Shown here piece by piece: positions 43,780 through 52,419 of a stretch of 64,000 nucleotides of DNA. Source of the DNA: Macrostomum lignano (lineage: Eukaryota); NCBI GenBank assembly GCA_002269645.1, contig NIVC01001184.1:1-64000 (forward strand), written 5' to 3'. Numbering within the stretch: position 1 is the stretch's first letter; every line of letters starts with the position of its first letter. The translations under genes and the position numbers were made by a program. Under the pieces are notes generated by a model. The model was not told the DNA's origin. It did no database searches and saw nothing but the letters and a program-made list of their open reading frames with translations.

Positions 43780-44582
43780 TATGCTCCAAGGACAACTTGA
43801 TAACTCAGGACCGGAAACGAGCCAATCATTTGGCAAGCCTCCGGCGTCTTCATTCTTCTTCTTCTTCTTCTCGCCTTTTTATCGCCTTGCGGCATAGGCG
43901 CGTCGTCCCGTCACGGGCCGGTCCGGTCAGTTTTGGCAGATCTTTCTGTGGCGTGCCAGGTTAGTGGCAGCCATCTTCTTACCACATCCTTCGCACAACG
44001 CTTCCTTCCATCTTATACTTAAAGGCGTCTTCATTTGGCTGGAGATGCAGGTCCTCGTCTTCTTCATCTTCACCCTCATCCGCTGTTAGCCAGCCTTCCT
44101 CCTCCTCTAGTTCGGAGTCGGTATCCGGATCAAAATGCACTTGAGCAGCCATGACAAACACTGTCCGATACTTAGAAATTATTGCACTAAATAAAGCTGC
44201 TGATCGATGATTCCGTTAAATAATTGGCACTTGACTTTTATCATGTAGCTTCAAGCTTTCTTGATTTGATGAATCCCACAATTTTACTGTGTCATTTATA
44301 CCCACCCACCCGTCCATCTGCACCCCACTCCAGCTTGTTTTTTGCTTTCATGTTTATCCTTTATTGCTACGAGTATAAGCTAATCCGCCTGCTATCGCAG
44401 GCTACGGCTGTGTCAAAAATATGCTGAAATAGTCTATGGCCTGCTCTGCAGGCCATTCCACAAGCTACGCTGGTGAATAGAATCCCAACCAGCAGTGTAG
44501 GGGTTGAACGAGCCTCATACTTTTTTCGCCATGAATTGGCTCGTTTCCGGTCCTGAGTTATCAAGTTGTCCTTGGTATGCTC
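43780..44582. mobile_element. Non-autonomous TIR element (~800 bp) interrupted by a short LINE fragment
   Basis: CCAAGGACAACTTGATAACTCAGGACCGGAAACGAGCCAAT at ~43786-43827 and its reverse complement at ~44533-44572. Confidence 0.7.
43855..44023 (-). mobile_element. 169-bp 3' fragment of a LINE with (GAA)n tail
   Basis: 12-bp TSD GGCGTCTTCATT at 43843-43854 and 44024-44035; encodes LSIRWKEALCEGCGKKMAATNLARHRKICQN-stop (CCHC finger), then a short UTR and (GAA)5. Confidence 0.8.
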
Positions 44583-45622
44583 TAGACAACGCTGTAGGGG
44601 ATTTGCCCATAGAGAAATTCGATAAGGTAAAATCCGCTCTAAACAAATCCGATCTTCTAAGCAAATCGAGTGTAAGGATTCTTTTACTTTAGTTGTTCAT
44701 GAGCAAGAAGTTCTTGAACTACTTCACCAATGATTAACGAGAGCGTGTATGACCGGTTTTTATAAAGACCTGCTTCAATAGTGCAGCCCGAAAGTCAGTC
44801 GGTATACACGAGTCTGCTCAGCCGGCAAGCACACGCACGCACTCAACACACACTGCATGTAGCGGTGGCCTCGTCAGTTTTCCTGTCTGCGAGCTCGAGC
44901 AAACTTCCTGCTTTCTCGAGCCAGTGTATAAACTCTACACAGACGCGCCAATACTTGAAAAATTATGTTTCTCAACTCTGCTCGCCGGGGAACAGAAGTT
45001 AACTTCAAAGAGATGCTGGTTGATTCCATGCTGGTGGTTAGCTTTATACGGAGTTTCTCGACAAACTGTAGCATTTTGCAAGCTACACAATTTTACCCTT
45101 GATTTTGAACAAGGAGAACTTCGAAACTGACAAACTCCTCTTTAATATTGACACTCTATGGTCGGGCACTCAAAATCTACAATCAATATTGACAGATCGA
45201 GCTTCATTTTTGACAACTCCGAATCAATATTGAACAGTTTACAATCGATTTTGACTAAGACATTTTTTGAAATGGATTTTGAAAATTTTTACCAAGTTTT
45301 CTCTCTTGAGGGGGGTACTTGCTATTTGGGAGAGGGGGTACTGGCTGCATGTATCTACGAGTACATGTGGGAATCTTTCTATCCAGGGAAAAATGAAAAA
45401 TGAAGCAGACTTTTTGGGTACACAAACCATAGAGTGTCAGTTTTGAAGCAACTCTGTCAAAATAGAATCGGACTTTGCAGCCCAACCAGTCAGGCTATTT
45501 TAGTCTGTGTGTCTAAAGGATGGAGAAAAATAAATTTTATCAATACTTGTAGATCCAAAAAGCAAAGTCAGAATAAGCTGATTTTGCACAGCTCACTTCA
45601 GCCCCGTTCAGGCTTTCATTGG

Positions 45623-45801
45623 AGTAGTAGGAAAGTGGTACCCTCTACCGCCATCGCACGGGATTGGCCGGGGCACCCGGCCAATGAGGGGAGAGGGCGC
45701 CCCGAAGACGCCCACCCCGACGCCAAACCCACCCCGACCCCCAAACCCACCCCGACCCCAAACCCACCACCGCCACGCACCCAATCCCGACCCCAAACCC
45801 A
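45623..45801 (+). repeat. Maverick left TIR, followed by subterminal 39-bp repeats to ~46110
   Basis: Reverse complement of the right end; C-rich sub-repeats CCCCGACCCCAAACCCA. Confidence 0.95.
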
Positions 45802-46673
45802 CGCACCCAATCCCGACCCCAAACCAGGCCCCCTCCTGTCCTACACCCCTCCTGTCCTGCACCCCGTGAATCCCATACCAAGACCCCCTCCTGTCCTGCA
45901 CCCCGTGCATCCCATACCAAGACCCCCTCCTGTCCTGCACCCCGTGCATCCCATACCAAGACCCCCTCCTGTCCTGCACCCCATGCATCCCATACCAAGA
46001 CCCCCTCCTGTCCTACACCCCTCCTGTCCTGCACCCCGTGCATCCCATACCAAGACCCCCTCCTGTCCTGCACCCCATGCATCCCATACCAAGGCCCCCT
46101 CCTATCCTACGCCTTGCCCCATTCCATGTAGCAAGGTCTTTCTATCCTGTACCCTAACCAAAACCAATTCCCCCCTCCTAATTCCTAAACCCAAGTCTTA
46201 TTACCTGTCTCACTTACCGCCTTTAAAGCTAGCCAAGGCAAAACCCTCATTCCATGCTTTGGTTGTACTGTATCTTGCTGTGGCGGGTACAGCGTGAGGT
46301 CGTTAGACCTAGAACGCTACTTCTTGGCGGCCAGAGGGCCGCAAGAAGGTCCCGCCACCTCCTGTTACGTTGATGGCTGAGACTTTGTTAAGGCCCGAGT
46401 TCCTGCGAAAGGGCTGCTGTGTGGGGGTTGGATTTGGGGTTCGGATTAGTTATTGCTATGGAACAGGAGCTGGTTTCTAAATGGCTGAGTGGTCCCCGGA
46501 AGGGCTCCTGATTTGCCGAGAGTTCCTGCGAGAGGGCTGTTGTGTGGGGTTGGATTCGGGGTTCGGATTGGTTATTGCTATGGAGCGGGAGCTGGTGTTA
46601 CTTACCAACTCCAGTCATATATAATCTCGCGCACAGCCGGAAGGAAAGCTCACAGTTTTTGACAGTGAACAAA

Positions 46674-47369
46674 ATGGAGTTCAAGACATTATCGAACAGA
46701 TTTCGAATCGGCGTCAGGTCGCACTCGAAGTGCATCAGCTTCAGAAAGTGGTACAAATTTGCCGAAGAGTATCGACCAGGTCTGCCTGGCATGGAGCTCA
46801 CCGTCCACCAGTTTTGCCACTTGGGCAGCCTGAAGGAACGACTGAAAGAGTTTGCAAGAAAGTGTATCGACGAGCAATGCCTTCTGGGCGGCAACAGGCA
46901 AGTGGTTTTGCAAAATGGCGTAATCACACTCTGGCGCCTTCCAACTGTACTCGGACCGCCGGTGCACCTAAGGCATGCCTTACCGCTTCCTACTACACTT
47001 TGGCGCGAAGTCTGGGCTCAAAAGCAATGGGTCCTAGACAAAATTGACAAGCGAGAGCCTCCGGTCGAGCCGCCGATCGGCGATCCATGGTGGATGGGAT
47101 ACCACCCTACGGAATCTGAAGAGTGTTCAGCATGGGCAGCAAGGCTTACACTCGACCAACTGATGCAAGTACCTGACAGGCAGTCGGCAGATTGGGACGA
47201 CCACTGGGGGGCCTTCCAAGCAGTTCAGGCTGAATTTAGAAAGAGATTTACATTCGAAACTCTGGAAGAGCCACCAACAGCTGAGAAGAACCAACAGCCT
47301 TCATTCCACCAGCCACCAATGAAGCGACGCGCAATGCATGAAGCGACAACTGGTCATTTCGTCAATTAA
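46674..47369 (+). CDS. Maverick accessory protein with N-terminal PC4/Sub1-like (ssDNA-binding coactivator) domain
   Basis: ATG in AAAATGG context, TATATAA at 46618-46624, AATAAA at 47603. ISFRKWY..EEYRPGLPGMELTVHQFCHL aligns by eye to the PC4 core IDIREYW..EMKPGRKGISLNPEQWSQL. The C-terminal ~160 aa are unassigned. Confidence 0.6.
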   Translation: MEFKTLSNRFRIGVRSHSKCISFRKWYKFAEEYRPGLPGMELTVHQFCHLGSLKERLKEFARKCIDEQCLLGGNRQVVLQNGVITLWRLPTVLGPPVHLRHALPLPTTLWREVWAQKQWVLDKIDKREPPVEPPIGDPWWMGYHPTESEECSAWAARLTLDQLMQVPDRQSADWDDHWGAFQAVQAEFRKRFTFETLEEPPTAEKNQQPSFHQPPMKRRAMHEATTGHFVN

Positions 47370-47788
47370 CTTTTTTTTAATATAGTTTTGAACCATAGTA
47401 CTGATCATGCACTGTTGTATATATTGCTTTGTCAATACTGGCCATAATATTGCCCCATCATGCTTTGATTCCTGGCGATAATACTGTTTTGTAAATACAC
47501 GCGACGGGCCTTAATACTGCCCTTCCATTCTTCATAAACTTTTTTTGTGCTAATACGAGCTTTTAACATGTAATTTTATGCTTTGCAATCCATGGACCTG
47601 CCAATAAAATAAACAAAAAAAACGTTTCATTTTCGTAAGCATTGTTGCACAAACACAGTCGCATTCGCGTTTATTTTTTCTTATATTTTGTACACAAAAA
47701 ATACAGAAGTAAAGTTACAGCAAAAATATTATTATTAATACTCGGTGCATAGGCAGATCTCACTACTACTGTTATGCCGTAGAGGAGC

Positions 47789-48388
47789 TCAGTCAGAGTC
47801 CAGCAAAGTAGGTTCGGATGCTTGATCTGGTAGCAAAATGCGGGAGAGGGCATCAGCTGCAGTCTGAGCCTCAACCACGCTGCGAGCACCAGCTATTATA
47901 CAGCGATATGAATGAAACAAAATCAACTTTACAGAGGCAGTAAACTCGAGCACAAGTCCGTTAAACATTTCCGGCTCATAGGTGCCCCGATGCGGCCATT
48001 TAGACTTGAGTTCCCCCAACCGGAGTGGATGCGGACCCGCGGGAAAGGCCGTCACAGAGGTAATAGTCTTGATGCGAATCTGGGGCAGACTGGTCAATCG
48101 CAAGAAGTCCGCACACAGCTTCACAATCTTCTCCGTCTCTGCGAGAGCTTCCTCCAGGCTTTTGGCTCCACAGACAGACACTTGTCCGGTCGGATACACC
48201 AGCGCGGTTACTCGATGCTGCCCGCTCTTCATCACCACTGCCAGTGTTCGAGGATGAACCAGGCGATGGCGGATTGTGTGATACTGAGGCAGATGAAGAG
48301 TCAGGAAATTCGCTAGTTGTGGCAGACCCACCCGGGTCGCCAGGTCGGCTCCTGTCACGATGTTTGTCACGCGAATTGTTGCGACCAT
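47789..48388 (-). CDS. Maverick-encoded divergent TATA-box-binding protein (TBP)-like protein, 199 aa
   Basis: Two-repeat TBP core. Repeat 1: VTNIVTGADL..LANF..TALVYPTGQVSVCGAKSLEEA. Repeat 2: YEPEMFNGLV..LILFHSYRCIIAGARSVVEA. Upstream TATAAAA at 48435-48441; minus-strand AATAAA at 47670-47675. Confidence 0.85.
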   Translation of the reverse strand: MVATIRVTNIVTGADLATRVGLPQLANFLTLHLPQYHTIRHRLVHPRTLAVVMKSGQHRVTALVYPTGQVSVCGAKSLEEALAETEKIVKLCADFLRLTSLPQIRIKTITSVTAFPAGPHPLRLGELKSKWPHRGTYEPEMFNGLVLEFTASVKLILFHSYRCIIAGARSVVEAQTAADALSRILLPDQASEPTLLDSD

Positions 48389-48390
48389 CT

Positions 48391-48880
48391 TTAGACAATC
48401 GAGAGAAACGCCAGTGCCTGCTGCAGATCGCTACTTTTATAGACCCGTAGCCGCGAGGCCGCAGCCAATCAGCGTACAGCGCCACTTTGGCCAGGGCGCA
48501 GGGCAGCACGTACTTTGAGGCACTCGGAAAGGCTAGGTGTGCGAGGTCGTAAACAGGCTGCAGCAGCAGACGCGACAGGAACTGGCACTTGACATCCCCC
48601 TTGCTAAATATCGGGCCTTGCAAGTGAGAGATATCGCTCCAGAGACAAGAGTAGGGTCGGAACCCACTCCTGTCCCAGTCTAGACGTGCCGCTTATTGGT
48701 GAGCCAGTAGCAGGTTCGTCGCTGTCCTCTATCAAAGAGCTCAAAGCTGTGCGGCGGCTGGTAGCAATAGTAATGAGCCGTCGTTTGACCGCATGCAAAC
48801 TCAACCCATGCAATTTCCTTAATCACAAAGTCCTCTGTTTTGTAGAGGTGCGGAAATCCTTCAAAATCAATGACAATCAT
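48391..48880 (-). CDS. DEDD/DnaQ-like (Maelstrom-like) 3'-5' exonuclease-fold protein, frameshifted in this sequence
   Basis: MIVIDFEGF..FVIKEIAW..YQPPHSF..WLTNKRH, a -1 slip at ~48685, then GLDWD..PY..IFSKGDVKCQFL..VYDL..CALAK. The 3' end is inferred: a second slip near 48445 gives a stop at 48391; otherwise the ORF runs to 48000. Confidence 0.6.
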
Positions 48881-49473
48881 CTTGGCCACTTGATCCACTT
48901 GCCGTATCCTTTCTGAGACTGAGTCTTCTTATAGCCTTGCAGTCGAGGTTTTTTAGGACTGGACTTTTCTTCCCGAGGCTTTTCCAGCAATTTTGTAGTG
49001 TTCAGACCAACTGCAGACAGAGGCACGTGGTTTTCTTGAAGACACGTAACAAACTCATTAATCCCATTCGGTGGCTGAAGGTACTTAGAGTACGTATCTT
49101 TAACTATGAAATGCAGCAGGTCCACGATATTTGAGTTGTACAACGGTTTACCATTGACAGAAACTTCATACGTATCATCTATGCTAATCGACTTGCACTT
49201 TACGGTTATGAAGCTAATCAATGCCTGCAGACGATGATGCCATTTCTGATTCACCGTCAGATATAAAACCTCCTTCCACTGCGGTTCTTTGTGAATTACT
49301 GGAGGCTGTTCTTGGGTCGCACTTGCCTGCAGCTGCTGCACGCAACGCTCGTCCCTAATCTTGCGCAACTGTTTTTCCGCCTCTAGCTCGGGTTCACAGA
49401 CTGTCTCCATGCCCCTCTGATTCACAAGTGCCTCATACTGCAACCGGGGTACCAGTATCATTTCCTTGTACAT
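48877..49473 (-). CDS. Conserved Maverick protein of unknown function (PZ/PW class; exact label uncertain)
   Basis: MILVP start and VNGKPLYNSNIVDLL..PPNGINEF..LQENHVP motif resemble the conserved Maverick ORF found next to the ATPase. Confidence 0.55.
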   Translation of the reverse strand: MYKEMILVPRLQYEALVNQRGMETVCEPELEAEKQLRKIRDERCVQQLQASATQEQPPVIHKEPQWKEVLYLTVNQKWHHRLQALISFITVKCKSISIDDTYEVSVNGKPLYNSNIVDLLHFIVKDTYSKYLQPPNGINEFVTCLQENHVPLSAVGLNTTKLLEKPREEKSSPKKPRLQGYKKTQSQKGYGKWIKWPR

Positions 49474-49765
49474 GTCTTTTTATATAGGTGAGAATCAGAG
49501 GAAGACAACGAAGGATATGCGGGTGTGAGAGATTACGCCGAGCCTCTTTCACACTTTTGCTTTGTGCAACAAGCCGGAGAGTATTTCGATATCGCCTGAG
49601 TCTCCGCTTCAAGCTATCTTCACAGCCAACTTTTCCTGCTAGTAAGTTGATAATACACTCGACCAAAAAGCAAATGGTGCTTTTATTTGCATAGGTAAGT
49701 ATGCAGCGACGCAAGGATATAGTGCCCTCACAAAAGACAGTTATTAGTGCAATGTGTTTATCCAT
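49433..49765 (-). CDS. Conserved small basic Maverick protein (PM/PW class; exact label uncertain)
   Basis: RRCILTYANKSTICFLVECIINLLAGKV..KRRLRRYRNTLR resembles the Maverick small ORF pattern IL..A..L.EC..N.L.G.V..LR. Confidence 0.55.
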   Translation of the reverse strand: MDKHIALITVFCEGTISLRRCILTYANKSTICFLVECIINLLAGKVGCEDSLKRRLRRYRNTLRLVAQSKSVKEARRNLSHPHILRCLPLILTYIKRHVQGNDTGTPVAV

Positions 49766-49795
49766 GTTTAACTCAGTGCAGAGACTGAGCCATTC

Positions 49796-50454
49796 TTATA
49801 GATAAACTCGCTGCGGGGCCTCATCGGGGAGAAAATTGGCTCTCAGGCGCAGTTCATGGCGTGAAGCAGGGTGAAAATCAAGCAGCAGATAGCGCTGATC
49901 TCCATCTCGCACCAATCGATCCATCAGTTCTACTAGCAGAGTGCGCCGTTTGGGAAAGCATTGCTGACTTAAAGCTTGGACCGCAGAGGCGTCTCTGGGG
50001 TTGTTGAACAACACCATGTAGGTGCAATTTATGCTAATTGTGCGCCACTCTCTGCCTTTGAAAAATAGATTTTGCGTGATGAGAATGACAAAGCAGGGCT
50101 TGTGGTGGGCCTCACGGGTGAACAGATGTCGTAGCTCTCGACTTGCAGCTGCTTCATCCAGTAAATCGTCAATCACAATCAGGTCATGGGGCTGCAGATC
50201 CAAATTCGATAATCCTTCACATACTTGCACTCCTAGCCGCCGCAGAGTCGCGTGGAGTTCCGGCTGCGGGCATCCGTGATACCAAATCATCCGCTTGGGA
50301 GGTTGGTCGAACAAAGCAGTCGTTGGGACAGCAACCGCAAACAGAATGTTGATTTTCCCGCTCGAGAAGGGCCCGAAACCATCATGCAGCCTCCCATCCG
50401 CAGTCTGGAATCAAACACCTTGCAACTGATTTTTGAGTCTGAGTATGATTGCAT
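49796..50454 (-). CDS. A32/FtsK-HerA-like DNA packaging ATPase (one -1 slip at ~50314)
   Basis: Walker A GPSRAGKS, Walker B LIVIDD, HHKPCFVILITQNLF, RTISINCTYMVLFNNPRD; ~219 aa when rejoined. Confidence 0.92.
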
Positions 50455-50884
50455 CGTTTTGAGCCACAGCTGCCGGGTGCAAAACCTTGATGAACAAGGC
50501 ATTATATGACATTCTCTTATGCAGTCGATGGATCAAGTAAAAAATGCAATACCAGCCGCAAAGAGTTGACGAACTGGGCTGAACAGGGACCGTATTCCAT
50601 TGTAGCACCATCCGCGTCGGTTTAGTTTTCTTTAACCAGCTCTTCATATTTTTACTCAAGCCTCCCAAAGAGTTGAAAATTTCACAATGCACTTTACTGG
50701 TTACTACTCCAGCAATCCAGTGACCGCACTCATCATTCCATGGCTCATACAAAATGAAGCAGCAGGGTCGGCAGGTTGAATCGAAAAATGGTGTCACTGT
50801 TCCAACTGTAAAATTTCCGCAATAGGCATCCCGCACAGATGTGGGGCAGCGAGAAATGAACGCTTCCAACTCTTCGGAATTCAT
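50411..50884 (-). CDS. Adenain-like cysteine maturation protease
   Basis: GHW (catalytic His), FNSLG, VQPSSSTLCGWYC (oxyanion Gln and catalytic Cys). Confidence 0.9.
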   Translation of the reverse strand: MNSEELEAFISRCPTSVRDAYCGNFTVGTVTPFFDSTCRPCCFILYEPWNDECGHWIAGVVTSKVHCEIFNSLGGLSKNMKSWLKKTKPTRMVLQWNTVPVQPSSSTLCGWYCIFYLIHRLHKRMSYNALFIKVLHPAAVAQNDAIILRLKNQLQGV

Positions 50885-52150
50885 GCTCTGCGATAATCCA
50901 GCAGCACATCCCTCTCTTTAGTGATTTCCATGCATGAATCATACACGCACAAGCAGATGAGTGTGACTGGCTGTGCGAGAGCGTTGGAAAAGCGAATATC
51001 CAGTCGTAGTTGACCCTGCCTATGACCAAACCAGCTGCCTACTTCATCGCCACTTGGACTAAGGTCAAACGCAAGCAGATAGGCACTATTTCGAAATTCA
51101 TCAAAGCTTATGCAATATTTTCCACTGAGACTGCGGGCAAACTGCAAAAATTCGGATGAGGCTGCTGCTGTGGTTCTATGGGCTGCCCAGTAATTGGCTC
51201 TCCATTGACAAACAGGCTTAAACTATTCAACCAAATGCTTGGAACCAAAACGGGTTGTGGTGCAGAGATCCATTGAAAGCAGTCTGGCTGACCATTCCAA
51301 GGAGCACAAATTTTGGCAGCTGACCATGCGTGATTGAATCGAGACTCTTGTTTCTTGTCCCAACAGAAAATGTGAATGTCTGAAGCTCTCTTCTATCAAA
51401 GTGGTAGAGAGCATTACGCTGTGAGAGCCCCTGTTCATGTGCGAGAGCCACTGTTGGGTTTACTCGGAGACGCCTCAAAAGCAGAATAGCATTGTCGACT
51501 TCAACACGGTATTGAACTCCATTATTGGGTACCATCAACGAAAAAGCGCTGCAGTGCCGGGTCAATTTGACCTGCAGGCTGATTTGGTTTAGCAGATACT
51601 GCCGGATTGAGAAAATGTCTGAAAACAACGGGCCGGCATATTGCACAACAGCAGAAGCCTCATGCAATCTCGCACGATTTGTGAATCCATGATTTTGCTC
51701 CCCAATGGTGTCACTCTCTCCAGCGGTGTCTGGATAATAACCTGCGGCCGCCAGTTCTTGAAGCTGGTTGGCATTGCTGCTGGTCAGCACTTGAAGCATT
51801 GCTCGATATGGGTAGAGCTGGTCCCCACCACTCACAACCCGCTGGTTGAGTTTTACAGTGACATCACGAAACAGGCTGGCAAGCGGGAGATTCGATAGTC
51901 CGACATGGGCATCATCTTCATTAGTCAGCTCTGCATTGTTTATCACACGAGTTATCCGGCAAGTGACTTGCAGCACTGTGGCGTGCAGATCGGTGTAGTC
52001 CTCAGAGGAGGCGTGGCAGTCGAATTCAATCGGTGCATCAGGAGTCGTGAGACTGCCGATGGGATGAAAGTCCGTGAAGTGAGACCTATCCACTCCAATT
52101 TCATGCGTCATTGGCTCAAACAGATTGAGCCGTGGATTTGTCCGATACAT
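50881..52150 (-). CDS. Major capsid protein (double jelly-roll, PY), two -1 slips at ~51229 and ~51174
   Basis: LNLFEP..FHPIGSL..PIEF..YTDLHATVLQVTCRI; LFRDVTVKLNQ; YPYRAML; AFNGSLHHNPFWF; C-terminal AFDLSP..GQLRLDIRFSNAL..EITKERDVLLD; ~423 aa when rejoined. Confidence 0.9.
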
Positions 52151-52419
52151 TATGAGAGTGAATCGAGCACTCGGTTGACTGTTTTTAACGGTATCTTGCG
52201 CTTTTTTGTGGGCACTGGCTTGCTCTTCTTTGGTTTGATTTTTGGCGTCTTCTTATGTTTTCTTTTTTTCTGCGATGGAGGTGGTATGCGGGAAAGGAGA
52301 ACTGCATTTTCATGAGTCTCAGGGGGCAGTCGAGATAGCAGCGATGTGGGATATCCGTGCCCATGAGGAAGTTTGAAGCAACTGCCTCGATAAAACTCGG
52401 TCACTTGTCGAATGTCCAT
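52150..52419 (-). CDS. Small Lys-rich putative core/DNA-condensing protein
   Basis: 89 aa with a highly basic C-terminus (QKKRKHKKTPKIKPKKSKPVPTKKRK) and an N-terminal FYRG..HGHG motif; lies between the capsid genes, overlapping both. Confidence 0.5.
   Translation of the reverse strand: MDIRQVTEFYRGSCFKLPHGHGYPTSLLSRLPPETHENAVLLSRIPPPSQKKRKHKKTPKIKPKKSKPVPTKKRKIPLKTVNRVLDSLS

Noticed and set aside
45434-46297. Pro-rich 287-aa ORF and its counterparts at 56108-56674
   Set aside because: They read through the TIR and subterminal repeats and cross the element boundary.
48000-48390. C-terminal extension of ORF 48000..48623
   Set aside because: It overlaps the TBP-like gene in another frame with low-complexity sequence. 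A -1 slip near 48445 would place the stop 2 nt before the TBP ATG. This is not proven.
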